Below are positions 18,395-28,200 of a stretch of DNA of 38,906 nucleotides, piece after piece. The notes beneath the pieces were generated by a model. The model was given only the letters and a program-made list of their open reading frames with translations, did not search any database and had not been told where the DNA came from. The position numbers and the translations under genes are program-made. Where the stretch lies: assembly GCA_038882955.1 (NCBI GenBank), contig JAVZNC010000008.1, positions 1 to 38,906 of the forward strand. Direction: 5' to 3'. Origin of the DNA: Candidatus Bathyarchaeia archaeon (GTDB lineage Archaea > Thermoproteota > Bathyarchaeia > Bathyarchaeales > Bathycorpusculaceae). Position 1 is the stretch's first letter. Each line of letters opens with the position of its first letter.

Positions 18395-18955
18395 ATGTTA
18401 ATGTCTAAAAAGAACCCAACGAAGGATGAAGCCCTAGAGGCTTTAGACTTTATAGTCAATGTTCTGAAGGAACATGAGAAGGATTTGGACAAGCTGATAA
18501 ATGAGTTGGGCAACATAACCGAAAGACTGGGCGACACAGGCGAATTAAGCAGCAAAATCGAAAAGGTTGAAGAAAGGCTTACTACGCTACAGAATGAAAT
18601 AACAAACCTAATCACCTACTTATCAGCTCCACGCGAAACAACACAAACACTAGCACATCCAATCGCAGAACAAAAAACAACAGTTATGGAAGCAAGAGAG
18701 CTGCGCGGTCCACCAGTGATTTTGCGCTGTAAACAATGGGAAGATTTTCAAGCGTTAGCCCACCAAGCGCAAACAGTTTCCTTCCTCTACCGAGAAGCTG
18801 AAAAAAGCTTCCAAGTTGACGCCCTAAAAAACAACCAAATAGTAACATACAGCGGCGAACTACCAAAACCCACATCACTCCTAAAATCCTGGCTAGCCAA
18901 ACAACTAGACATCGACGAAAAAAAGATTCTAGAAGGCATTTTAGCAATAGGTTAA
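18395..18955 (+). CDS. hypothetical protein, N-terminal coiled coil plus C-terminal alpha/beta domain
   Basis: Heptad pattern at residues ~15-75; 186 aa. Confidence 0.8.
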   Translation: MLMSKKNPTKDEALEALDFIVNVLKEHEKDLDKLINELGNITERLGDTGELSSKIEKVEERLTTLQNEITNLITYLSAPRETTQTLAHPIAEQKTTVMEARELRGPPVILRCKQWEDFQALAHQAQTVSFLYREAEKSFQVDALKNNQIVTYSGELPKPTSLLKSWLAKQLDIDEKKILEGILAIG

Positions 18956-19033
18956 AAGCCATCAGTTTGTATATTCTTGGTATTCAGCAAAGCTTTTATA
19001 AGAGAAGCGTATATTAAGTCTTACGATGCAGTA

Positions 19034-19166
19034 TTGGAGGGCTAAGGTTGAAGGCGAAGCCAGCAGCCAAGAATTGTTTTTCCGTTTTTCGAAGCCTTCT
19101 CCTTTCTCCTCGATGACGGAAATGGCTGCATGGTTAGCCAACACACAATGAACGCCCTCCAAAACA
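19034..19166 (+). ncRNA. putative structured RNA (long interrupted hairpin)
   Basis: Nested helices TTGGAGGGC/GCCCTCCAA, GCAGCCA/TGGCTGC, TTTCCGT/ACGGAAA; TATA-like element at 19010-19017. Confidence 0.5.
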
Positions 19167-19178
19167 TGGTGAACCACA

Positions 19179-19325
19179 ATGAGCGCGGATGAAAAGCATG
19201 CAAAGAAAATTCTTGAAGAGTTTGCGCGTTTTAAAATGACGATGGAGGAGTTGCATTTTCTTAGGCAGGTTTCAAATGACTTGAAGAGTTTTAGAGAGAT
19301 GCTTAAGCTTAAAAAGTATGATTGA
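19179..19325 (+). CDS. small helical protein, 48 aa (MSADEKHAKKILEEFARFKMTMEELHFLRQVSNDLKSFREMLKLKKYD)
   Basis: GGTGA RBS upstream; amphipathic helical pattern; below track cut-off. Confidence 0.55.
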   Translation: MSADEKHAKKILEEFARFKMTMEELHFLRQVSNDLKSFREMLKLKKYD

Positions 19326-19377
19326 CGTGGATGAATCCTTAAATATTTTCCATCCATAATCTTTTAGGCGAATTGGA

Positions 19378-20814
19378 ATGGCGTCTAAAACAGCGGAAAT
19401 ATGGCTATTTAACACTTTAACGCGTAGGAAGGAAAGGTTCGTCCCTATAGAAAATGGAAAAGTCAAAATGTACTGCTGTGGACCAACTGTTTACTGGTAT
19501 GCACACATTGGAAATTTTCGCACATACATCTTCGAAGACTTGCTTAGGCGAGTTTTCGAGTTTAACGGCTTCAAAGTGGAGCATGTAATGAACATTACTG
19601 ATGTTGGACATTTAACATCAGACGCTGACACTGGCGAGGACAAAATTGAGGTTGGAGCGAAGAGGGAGCGCAAAACTGCTTTGGAAATCGCCGAATTTTA
19701 TGCAAAAGCCTTCTTTGAAGATGCTGAAAGGCTTAACATATTGAAGCCGACGATTGTGTGCAAGGCGACAGATCACATACAAGACATGATAGCGCTTATA
19801 AAGAGGATTGAGGAAAACGGCTACACGTACATAATTGACACTGGAGTTTACTTTGACACTTCAAAGTTGAAGGATTATGGAATACTAACTGGAATGGATT
19901 TTGAAAGGCTAAACGAGTCGCTGAAGGCTGGGGCACGCGTGGAGTTTAATCCTCAAAAGCGAAACATAACGGACTTCGGGCTTTGGCTCTTCTCGCCGAA
20001 GGACAAGAAGAGGCAGATGGAATGGAATTCGCCATGGGGCGTCGGCTTTCCAGGATGGCACATAGAATGCAGCGCGATGAGCATGAAATATCTCGGCGAA
20101 AACTTTGACATACACTGCGGGGGAATAGACCACATACCGATCCACCACACAAACGAGATTGCACAGGCGGAAGCGGCAACTGGAAAGAAACTAGCTAACT
20201 ATTGGTTGCACGGCGCCTTTCTTGTTTTTGGCAAGTCAATGCGCATGGCTAAATCGGCTGGAGAAATAATAACCGTCAAGAACCTGGTTGAGGAGGGCTA
20301 TGATCCACTTGCTTTTAGGTACCTATGCCTAACAGCCCATTATAGGTCAGAACTTGTCTTCACTTGGGAAAGCTTAGATGCAGCGCAGAAAGCTCTATCC
20401 ACGTTAAGGGAGCACATGCGCAGATTTAAGGAAAACTTTAAGGACAAAGTGAAGGAGACCGCGAAGTCTGATGAATACAGAAGAACTTTTCTTGAAGCGA
20501 TAAACGACGACTTAAACATGCCAAAAGCGTTAACAATCGTTTGGAAGCTTGTGAGAGAGGAGAAAGACCTAAACGAAGGCGAAAAATACCTGCTGTTACG
20601 CGAGTTTGATAAGGTTCTTGCTCTAGATTTGGAGAAGGAGGAGGTTTTGGAGAAGTTGCCAGAAGAGGCTGAAATTCTCATTAAAAAGCGGGAGGAAGCC
20701 AGAAAAGCTAAGGACTGGAAAACGGCGGACAGAATTAGGGAGCAGCTTAGGGCTATGGGCATAATTGTTGAGGACACGCCTCAAGGAGTGAAATGGCGAA
20801 TAGAAAAACGTTAG
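19378..20814 (+). CDS. cysS: cysteine--tRNA ligase
   Basis: [30 protein letters not shown]...HH.NE, KMSKS variant RMAKS, NDDLN, ADRIR..L. Confidence 0.97.
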   Translation: MASKTAEIWLFNTLTRRKERFVPIENGKVKMYCCGPTVYWYAHIGNFRTYIFEDLLRRVFEFNGFKVEHVMNITDVGHLTSDADTGEDKIEVGAKRERKTALEIAEFYAKAFFEDAERLNILKPTIVCKATDHIQDMIALIKRIEENGYTYIIDTGVYFDTSKLKDYGILTGMDFERLNESLKAGARVEFNPQKRNITDFGLWLFSPKDKKRQMEWNSPWGVGFPGWHIECSAMSMKYLGENFDIHCGGIDHIPIHHTNEIAQAEAATGKKLANYWLHGAFLVFGKSMRMAKSAGEIITVKNLVEEGYDPLAFRYLCLTAHYRSELVFTWESLDAAQKALSTLREHMRRFKENFKDKVKETAKSDEYRRTFLEAINDDLNMPKALTIVWKLVREEKDLNEGEKYLLLREFDKVLALDLEKEEVLEKLPEEAEILIKKREEARKAKDWKTADRIREQLRAMGIIVEDTPQGVKWRIEKR

Positions 20815-20817
20815 GGC

Positions 20818-21615
20818 TTATGCCTCCAACATGCTTTTCCCATAAAAATTCCATTTGTCAGTAGCGTATTTTTCTCTGCAAAGTTTTTCCGCCAACTCTT
20901 TTTCATACAGTGTCAATTCTTCTTCTATCAACTGGATTTTTAGGGCTTCTTGGAAACCCTCAACCAATGCCTTATGCACTTTTTCAGGCGAGATTGTTTC
21001 TCCAAGTTCAGCTTTTATTGATGTTAACTTGTTTTTTGCGATGCCCACAACTTCCATGCACGTGTTCGCCCAGGGCACTTTAAGAAATGTAAACATCTTC
21101 TCCAAATTTACGTCCAGAAGAATTGTGCCGTGCTGCAACACTGTTCCAGCTTTATGGCATTGGGCGCTGCCAGAAATTTTCCGTCCAGCTATCGTTAGGT
21201 TTGGACATGTCCTGGTATCTCCTTCATTAAAATCTGCCTTTAAGCCCAAAATCTTTAGGGCTTTGACTATTCCGCCGTAAATTGTTGTGTAAACTTTAGA
21301 TATGTCTTTGGCGCCTATGTCTTCTTTGCTTGCGATTATGCTGTACGTGATTTCGCCTTCTGCGTCATGGTATACTGTGCCTCCGCCTGTTATTCGCCTA
21401 ACAATGTCTACGCCGTGTTTGCGGCAACTCTCCAGGTGAACTTCGTTTTCTATTTTTTGGAATTTTCCTATTGAGACTGCTGATGGGCGCCACTTGTAAA
21501 AGCGTATCGTGTTGGGTACAAGCCTCTTTGTTCTTGCGTTTAGTATCGCTTCGTCTATTGCCATATTCGCGAAGGCGTTGTTGGTTTCAAGTTTTAATAG
21601 TCTCCATTGGTTCAT
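20818..21615 (-). CDS. lipoate-protein ligase A / octanoyltransferase family protein
   Basis: NMAIDEA, RRITGGG.VYHD, RKISGSAQ, LQHGTIL; start placed at ATG 21615. Confidence 0.9.
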   Translation of the reverse strand: MNQWRLLKLETNNAFANMAIDEAILNARTKRLVPNTIRFYKWRPSAVSIGKFQKIENEVHLESCRKHGVDIVRRITGGGTVYHDAEGEITYSIIASKEDIGAKDISKVYTTIYGGIVKALKILGLKADFNEGDTRTCPNLTIAGRKISGSAQCHKAGTVLQHGTILLDVNLEKMFTFLKVPWANTCMEVVGIAKNKLTSIKAELGETISPEKVHKALVEGFQEALKIQLIEEELTLYEKELAEKLCREKYATDKWNFYGKSMLEA

Positions 21616-21797
21616 TTTGGATGGGCTCCGCGTTAAACTAGGCTTGCGTTGGAATTTTTGCTTTTTGCTGAAAATCGATGCGATTTGGAACTTTTTCAAG
21701 CCAATAGTGACCTAGCCCTCTAGATTTTTGGGTTTCACGCCTCGTTCAGTTTAAATATTAGATTTGTGATTAGTCGTAGCGAGAGGATAAACGAACT

Positions 21798-22238
21798 ATG
21801 AGTTCGAAATCTCCAAGAGGCGAGTTCGCCGCTAGGAAATTAGTTGAGAAGCGGAAGAGATTCCGTTGGAGTAGCATGTACTATAAAAGGCGGATGCTGA
21901 TGCTTGACGTGAAGGCGGACCCGCTTGAAGGCGCTCCAATGGCAAGGGGCATAGTCTTGGAAAAGGTCGGCGTTGAAAGCAAACAGCCTAACAGTGCCAT
22001 ACGTAAATGCGTTAGAACCCAGCTGATAAAAAATGGTAGGGTCATAACGGCGTTTTTGCCTGGAGACGGCGCCCTAAACGTTGTTGATGAACATGACGAG
22101 GTTGTCGTTGAGGGCATCGGCGGCTCGCGTGGAAGAAGCATGGGCGACATTCCAGGCGTACGCTGGAAGGTCATAATGGTGAACGGCGTTTCGCTGAATG
22201 AGCTTGTTTATGGTAGAAAGCAGAAACCGGCAAGGTGA
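21798..22238 (+). CDS. rps12: 30S ribosomal protein S12 (uS12)
   Basis: [29 protein letters not shown]; [10 protein letters not shown]. Confidence 0.98.
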   Translation: MSSKSPRGEFAARKLVEKRKRFRWSSMYYKRRMLMLDVKADPLEGAPMARGIVLEKVGVESKQPNSAIRKCVRTQLIKNGRVITAFLPGDGALNVVDEHDEVVVEGIGGSRGRSMGDIPGVRWKVIMVNGVSLNELVYGRKQKPAR

Positions 22239-22828
22239 AATTTTTGAGCGAGAAAACGGAGAAGCCTGAAATTAAACTTTTCAACAAGTGGAGCTTTAAT
22301 GAAGTGCAGGTTAAGGACTTGGGATTGCAGAGGTACGTATCGCTCAAGGCCATAGTTATTCCACACAGTATGGGAAGGCATGAGCATAAGCGTTTTCATA
22401 AGGCGAACGTGAACATTGTTGAGAGACTCGTGAACAATCTTATGCGCCCTGGAAAAAATGCGGGTAAGAAGGCTAAAGCCATAAACATTGTGGAACACGC
22501 TTTTGAAATAATTCATTTGCGTACTGGCAGAAACCCGATAGAGGTGCTTGTGCGTGCTGTGGAGAACTCCGCACCATGCGAAGATACAACGCGGATAAGT
22601 TATGGTGGCATAGTTTACCACTTGTCAGTCGATGTTGCGCCCCAAAGAAGGGTTGATTTGGCTTTGAGGCACATATGCGAAGGTGCAAGGCAAGCGTCTA
22701 TGCATAATCCGCGTTCAATAGAGGAATGCCTGGCAGAAGAGCTTATTTTGGCGGCGAACAACGACATGAAAAGCTATGCGGTTTCAAAACGCCACGAACT
22801 CGAAAGAATAGCCATGGCTTCAAGATAG
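22235..22828 (+). CDS. rps7: 30S ribosomal protein S7 (uS7)
   Basis: [53 protein letters not shown]; start may be TTG 22244. Confidence 0.98.
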   Translation: MKFLSEKTEKPEIKLFNKWSFNEVQVKDLGLQRYVSLKAIVIPHSMGRHEHKRFHKANVNIVERLVNNLMRPGKNAGKKAKAINIVEHAFEIIHLRTGRNPIEVLVRAVENSAPCEDTTRISYGGIVYHLSVDVAPQRRVDLALRHICEGARQASMHNPRSIEECLAEELILAANNDMKSYAVSKRHELERIAMASR

Positions 22829-22841
22829 CCATCTTAGACTT

Positions 22842-24017
22842 TTATTTTGTGTGGATTTCAACAATATCGCCATCTTCAAGTGTGAACGTAGCTCCAACCT
22901 TTTGTGGGCTAAAGACCAAACGTTTAGACCAAATCTTTGCAAATGAGAAGCGCTCGCTGAAGTCGCTGTGAATGTTTCTGGCTAAATCATAAACGGTTGC
23001 GCCCTTCCGCAAAATGAAAGGCTTTTCCGAATACATTCTTTCATTTGGCTCTTTAGTGTAAATCCTTATGATATCTAAAGCCTTGAACAATGTTTCTCCA
23101 AGCTTTTCAAAGCCATATCGCTTTTCACATGAAACTGCAAGAATTGGCAGTTTACCACCGATGTGGCTTTCCAGCAGCTTCAAATTGTCTTCTGCGATGT
23201 CTGCATCAGCCTTGTTTGCAACGATGATTGTTGGTTTATAAACTGTGCTTTCAAAAATCGCGTCTTCAACTTCATCCAAAGTTACTTCGCCTGAAATCTT
23301 GACAATGGCGTCTGTCACACGGTAGCTTTTCAGCAGCTCTTCAACATCCTTCAAAGTGCAATCAACAAGCCTTCCAACAAGGATTATGCGCAAACCAACA
23401 CCCATGTGCTTCTTCTCGATTTCAACGCGTCCTCTAGGTTTAAAAACAGATATCCGCGCCTGTTCCAACTCTCCCAGAATGGTCAAGAGCTGATTAACTG
23501 GATCTTGCGATAAGTCGATAACCAAAATTAGGCCGTCGGCGTTGCGCGCCAAAGCGAGTGTTTGGAGACCCCAAGCTTTTCCGTCAGCTGATCCTTCCAT
23601 CAAAGCTGGTGCTTCTATAATCTGGAATTGGATATTCTCGTAATTCATTATTCCAGGGACGGGCTCTCTTGTGGTGTAGGGTGCGGGTGAAACCTCAACT
23701 TTCGCGTTTGTAACCGCCTTGAGTAGGCTGCTCTTGCCAGAATTCGTCAATCCCAAAAGTGCTATTTGGGCTGCACCTTCCTTTTCTATGAAAAATTTTG
23801 GTCCACTTCTTCCAGCCTTTCTATGTTTTTTCTCTTCAATTTCCCTTCGTAGAACAGCCATCTGCTTCTTAACTTGGGCGCAAAGTTTAGCCGTGCCCTT
23901 ATGCTTCGGAACCAAGCTTAAGAATTCTTGCATGAGCTGGATTTTTTCTCTTGGGTTTCTTGCTGCCGAAACTTCAGCCCATTTGCGTTTGGCTTCAGCA
24001 GGCAAGTTTGTCGGCAT
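22842..24017 (-). CDS. DRG/OBG-family GTPase with TGS domain
   Basis: MPTNLP, PKHKGT, GLTNSGKSS, PYTT, NKAD, C-terminal LEDGDIVEIH. Confidence 0.93.
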   Translation of the reverse strand: MPTNLPAEAKRKWAEVSAARNPREKIQLMQEFLSLVPKHKGTAKLCAQVKKQMAVLRREIEEKKHRKAGRSGPKFFIEKEGAAQIALLGLTNSGKSSLLKAVTNAKVEVSPAPYTTREPVPGIMNYENIQFQIIEAPALMEGSADGKAWGLQTLALARNADGLILVIDLSQDPVNQLLTILGELEQARISVFKPRGRVEIEKKHMGVGLRIILVGRLVDCTLKDVEELLKSYRVTDAIVKISGEVTLDEVEDAIFESTVYKPTIIVANKADADIAEDNLKLLESHIGGKLPILAVSCEKRYGFEKLGETLFKALDIIRIYTKEPNERMYSEKPFILRKGATVYDLARNIHSDFSERFSFAKIWSKRLVFSPQKVGATFTLEDGDIVEIHTK

Positions 24018-24096
24018 AAACTGTTCTCATCCAGAAGTTAATTCGAGAATCAACGTTAAATCTTTTCTGTAAGTCGCAAACTTTTAAATCAAACAA

Positions 24097-24405
24097 ATGC
24101 TGAAATTGTTTCGTGAGAAAATGAACGTTGTAAAGGTAAATGGCAATGACAATAGGCATAAGGTTTTCCTTTACGCCTTAAGCACTTGCGCCTGGTGTAA
24201 GCTCACAAAGCAGTTTCTTAAGGAAAATGGAATCGCTTATGAGTATGTGGATGTTGACCTCTGCGGCGAAGAGGACAAGGAAAAGATTAGGAAGGATATA
24301 CTCTCTAGGGGTGGAAGCCTTAGCTATCCAGCAATAATAATTGATGACAAGATTCTAATCAACGGTTTTAGGAAGGACAAGATTAAAGAGGCGTTGGGAA
24401 TTTGA
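24097..24405 (+). CDS. glutaredoxin/NrdH-like redoxin
   Basis: YALSTCAWCK, SYPAIII, GF..DKIKEAL; start may be 24121. Confidence 0.9.
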   Translation: MLKLFREKMNVVKVNGNDNRHKVFLYALSTCAWCKLTKQFLKENGIAYEYVDVDLCGEEDKEKIRKDILSRGGSLSYPAIIIDDKILINGFRKDKIKEALGI

Positions 24406-24941
24406 CAACACTTGAAGAGATTAGGCGTAGAGCGGAAAGCGACGCGAAAACGCATGGCTACTACCTAAACCCGAACGAGGAATTCCTAAAAGAGCTTCTT
24501 GAAGGCTTAAAAAGAAACGAAGAGCGTTACGGATACCCATCATGCCCGTGCCGACTTGCATCTGGAAAATTTGAACTTGACAGAGACATAATCTGCCCAT
24601 GCGACTACAGAGACATAGACGTAGAAGAATTTGGAGCATGCTACTGCGCACTATACGTTAGAAAGGACGTGTTTGAGGGAAAAACTCCAATTTCGCCAGT
24701 TCCAGAACGCAGACCAATAGCGAAACAAGTTAAAGCTTACGGCTCAAGCGCGGAGACAATTGCCGAAAAGCCTCGTGAAGAACCAGTTGCGGAAGCACAT
24801 GGCGCCAAAATGAAGCTTTGGTACTGCAAACAGTGCGGTTACGTAGTTTACCGTGAAGAGCCGCCGTACATTTGCCCAATCTGCAAGGCGAAAAAAGAAC
24901 TGTTCGCCGAAATAAGGTTAAAAATTGATTTGGTTGGTTGA
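24402..24941 (+). CDS. ferredoxin:thioredoxin reductase catalytic-type protein fused to a rubredoxin-like domain (FDR-like)
   Basis: CPCR..CPCDY..CYCALY Fe-S/disulfide motifs; C-terminal WYCKQCG...CPICKA. Confidence 0.92.
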   Translation: MTTLEEIRRRAESDAKTHGYYLNPNEEFLKELLEGLKRNEERYGYPSCPCRLASGKFELDRDIICPCDYRDIDVEEFGACYCALYVRKDVFEGKTPISPVPERRPIAKQVKAYGSSAETIAEKPREEPVAEAHGAKMKLWYCKQCGYVVYREEPPYICPICKAKKELFAEIRLKIDLVG

Positions 24942-24952
24942 ACTGCGCGCTT

Positions 24953-25102
24953 TTACCTTGTCACTTTTATTTCTATTTGCTTCCAGTCCTTTTTAATTCC
25001 CCTTAACGATGTGACTGCACCAACAATTGTTCCGCTTAAAATTTTCACGACAAACTCGTTTAACGCTATTTCTTCGCCGTCGATAAGAAGTTCTACATCC
25101 AA
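24953..25102 (-). CDS. small protein, 49 aa, resembling the C-terminal extension of archaeal MobB (MDVELLIDGEEIALNEFVVKILSGTIVGAVTSLRGIKKDWKQIEIKVTR)
   Basis: Perfect GGAGGTGA RBS then TTG; L.IDG..I.LN.FV...L...I.G....L.G pattern; missed by the track. Confidence 0.75.
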   Translation of the reverse strand: MDVELLIDGEEIALNEFVVKILSGTIVGAVTSLRGIKKDWKQIEIKVTR

Positions 25103-25146
25103 CAAGCTTCACCTCCGAAAGAAGTTTATACTCTGCGCTTTTGATG

Positions 25147-25743
25147 TTAAGTTTTTCCTCCCCGTTTTCGTATTCTAATTTGTTGGATGAAGTATGATAG
25201 GACAAGTATGAAGGCGATTATGGCGAAAACCACTGAAACCGTAATTATTATGATGTTGTTTGTTAGGGTGAATACCATTGAGATTGCCGCTAAGAATACG
25301 CCTATGTAGAGGCTTGCGTTGCTGCGTAGGAAATGGCTGAACTCCGTTTGGATTGCCTTCTTATACTTGCTGATTAGGAGCGCCATTGAAACTATGATTA
25401 AGAACGTGATTATGAAAGTGTATGTGATGTCAGCCCAGTAGGCATGCGCGCTAAGCGTGAGCAGAATTCCAACTTCGTCGCCTATTAATCCGCCTCCGGC
25501 GCCGAAGAGAATAGCAGCCAAACGGTCTATTTTTTCGCTTTGGTAGTTTATTCCAATCCATCCGCCTACTGCCAAAAGCGCTATTCCATACCAGAAGTGG
25601 TGGATGTGGTACTCTCCGCTTTTCAATACGATGTCTGGGTTGAGCGTTGTGAATGTGCGCGCTATCAAAAAAGAGGCTATGAAGGAGGTTAAGGCTATTA
25701 TCGAAAGGTTCGGTTTTTCCTTGATTCCTTCGTGCATAATCAT
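25147..25743 (-). CDS. membrane protein with HIHH motif
   Basis: About 6 TM; HIHHFWYG and G.GLIGDE motifs. Confidence 0.8.
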   Translation of the reverse strand: MIMHEGIKEKPNLSIIALTSFIASFLIARTFTTLNPDIVLKSGEYHIHHFWYGIALLAVGGWIGINYQSEKIDRLAAILFGAGGGLIGDEVGILLTLSAHAYWADITYTFIITFLIIVSMALLISKYKKAIQTEFSHFLRSNASLYIGVFLAAISMVFTLTNNIIIITVSVVFAIIAFILVLSYFIQQIRIRKRGGKT

Positions 25744-25969
25744 GGCTTATACCATTCCCAGAATAGCCCATGAGAACGCTCTTCATTTAAACTTTGCTAA
25801 CAAAACAGATTAGGGAATGGTTTTCCATAAATTTTAAAAATGCCTATGAAAATATTTCTGGAACAAGTCTTCGTTTCTGGCTTGTTAGTCCCGCGCTTCA
25901 ATGCGCGTTAGGAGGCTAATTAGTCGGATTCTGAGGACCTAATATATGCGGATGGAGAAGGCGGAGTGA

Positions 25970-28168
25970 ATGTTGAAAATTAGGATAATTGCCTTGATGG
26001 CGTTGGTTGCGCTTTCTATGAGCATGTTAGTATACGTAAAAGATATTGAGCAAGTTGGAGCAGCAGATGGAATAATTTACATCAATGCTGACGGTTCAAT
26101 TACGCCGTCAGAGGCAAACATAACAACAACCGACTATGTCACGTACACGTTTAATGGCACTAACGTTTATTCAATAGTTGTAAATAGAAGCAACATAATC
26201 ATAGATGGAAATGGCTTTGCAGTTCAAGGCAAAAAAGTTTCTGGATCCTTTGGCATTTCCCTTTACAGCTTGAGCAATGTTACCATTGCAAATGTTACAG
26301 TTAAAGACTTTTATTATGGTATTAAATTGAACGAGACAACTAGCATTAGGATTTTGGGAAGTGTCTTCAATAACACTATGGATAACCTTTGGGGCTACGA
26401 CACTTACAAAACTACAATCTCTGGAAACCACATGACAGGAGGACACGATGGCATTTTTTTCGTGTTTTCTTTTAGCGACACTATCTCTGAGAATAACATC
26501 ACGGGCAACACTTATGCTGGCATACAACTAACAAATGCGCATAACACTACAATTTCTGAAAACAGCATTTCAAAAAACAAGGAAAGCGGACCTAACCCCT
26601 ATGGTAACAGTATTCTCATGTATAGTTCGGCAGACAGTCAAATTTACGGGAACAACATAACAGAAGGCTTTTTTGGCATAAACCTTAACGAATGCAACCA
26701 CACTAGAGTTTACCAAAACAATGTGGCAACGCACGAGTGGAGTGGAATAGCGCTTGTTCGGTGCATAGACATTTCGATGTATAATAATCTGCTTGATAGC
26801 AATGTTTACGGACTCCAAGTTGTTGCAGAAGAATTACGCCATTATCTGCATTCAATTGAAACTTCAAACCTTATAGATGGCAAACCAGCCTACTACCTAA
26901 TCAACCAGCACCATCTAACCATTAACGCGACAACACACCCGGAAGTTGGTTTCCTTGCCCTAATAAACTCAACAGATATCACCGTTGAAGGACTAAATAT
27001 AACAAGAAGCGCAGAAGGAATTTTAGTGGCTTATACAAAAAACATAAAAATCCAAAATAACAATTTCACGAACAACTATAATGGAATAGTCCTAGACAAT
27101 TCTTTAAACACCACAATAATTGGAAACATTATCCAAAAAACCGATCGCGGCATCTACATTACAAATTCCACTGATGTCGCAATTAGCGGAAACACTTTGG
27201 AAGACAGTGACGATAGTGGAATAGAAATTTACTACTCTCCGAACTGCACAATCTCTAACAACGAGATAATAAGCAACGGTTATGGAATTAGAATTCTCTC
27301 TTATTCAAGCGCGGTTATCAGCAAAAATACCATTTCTGCAACCGACACTTGCATTTCCATCGACGTTTCTGAAAGCATCATCTACGCAAACAACATAACA
27401 AACAGCTATACAGCAATTGGCATCGACACCTCTTCAAACAACGTCATACGCAAAAACAACATAGCGAATAACGAGCAAGGCATTGACATTTGGCGTTCTA
27501 ACAACAACACCATATGCGAAAACAACATAGTGAACAACACCTATAGCATAGAGCTTGGTGAATCAGAAAACAACGCAATATACCATAACAACTTTATAAA
27601 CAACACAAACCCAGCATACACATATCAGTCACCGTGCACATGGGACAATGGCTATCCGTCAGGCGGAAACTACTGGAGCGACCATGCAGGAGTTGACAGT
27701 GATTACGACGGCATCAGCGACATACAATATACAATTGACACAGAAAACGTTGACAGATATCCGCTTATGGGTCCAATCAACGTTTTTGACGTTGGAAAAT
27801 GGGATGGTGCAGAACAAAAAATTGACATCATAAGCAATTCAACAGTTTCACATTTCCAACTTGACATAGACCAGAAAAAGGTAAGCTTCAACGTTGCTGG
27901 AGAGTCCTCAAGCGGTTTCTGCAGAATAACAATTCCGAACATCATCGTGCAAGAATTGTGGCAAAACAACTACATCGTCCTATTAAACGGCGAACCAGTG
28001 AACGCCAAAAACTGGACATACGCCGCAGACACATACATATACGTCAATTATACACATTCGACACATGAAATAGCCGTAGTGCCAGAATTTCCATCAGCGG
28101 CGATGCCACTTATGCTTGTTGCAATCACGGCGCTCACAATAATTCTCAAAAAGAAAACTAGAGTTTAA
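25970..28168 (+). CDS. cell-surface parallel beta-helix (NosD/CASH-repeat) glycoprotein with PEF-type C-terminal anchor
   Basis: Signal peptide; many N.I..N.I repeats; WDNGYPSGGNYWSD, DRYPLM; VPEFPS-TM-KKK tail. Confidence 0.9.
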   Translation: MLKIRIIALMALVALSMSMLVYVKDIEQVGAADGIIYINADGSITPSEANITTTDYVTYTFNGTNVYSIVVNRSNIIIDGNGFAVQGKKVSGSFGISLYSLSNVTIANVTVKDFYYGIKLNETTSIRILGSVFNNTMDNLWGYDTYKTTISGNHMTGGHDGIFFVFSFSDTISENNITGNTYAGIQLTNAHNTTISENSISKNKESGPNPYGNSILMYSSADSQIYGNNITEGFFGINLNECNHTRVYQNNVATHEWSGIALVRCIDISMYNNLLDSNVYGLQVVAEELRHYLHSIETSNLIDGKPAYYLINQHHLTINATTHPEVGFLALINSTDITVEGLNITRSAEGILVAYTKNIKIQNNNFTNNYNGIVLDNSLNTTIIGNIIQKTDRGIYITNSTDVAISGNTLEDSDDSGIEIYYSPNCTISNNEIISNGYGIRILSYSSAVISKNTISATDTCISIDVSESIIYANNITNSYTAIGIDTSSNNVIRKNNIANNEQGIDIWRSNNNTICENNIVNNTYSIELGESENNAIYHNNFINNTNPAYTYQSPCTWDNGYPSGGNYWSDHAGVDSDYDGISDIQYTIDTENVDRYPLMGPINVFDVGKWDGAEQKIDIISNSTVSHFQLDIDQKKVSFNVAGESSSGFCRITIPNIIVQELWQNNYIVLLNGEPVNAKNWTYAADTYIYVNYTHSTHEIAVVPEFPSAAMPLMLVAITALTIILKKKTRV

Positions 28169-28200
28169 ACAACCCTAAAACCTAACATTTTCTCTGCTCT

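Noticed and set aside
19026-19325. Selenoprotein by readthrough of in-frame TGA codons at 19149 and 19170 joining a 41-codon ORF to the 48-aa ORF
   Set aside because: No Cys/Sec-type motif context; the upstream part coincides with the RNA hairpin and the downstream ORF has its own GGTGA RBS.
18962-19466. Minus-strand ORFs 18962-19357 and 19272-19466
   Set aside because: No RBS or family features; they overlap the structured RNA, the small ORF and cysS on the opposite strand.
24993-25205. Track ORF of 70 aa
   Set aside because: Wrong frame; the RBS-supported 49-aa ORF at 24953-25102 explains the region.
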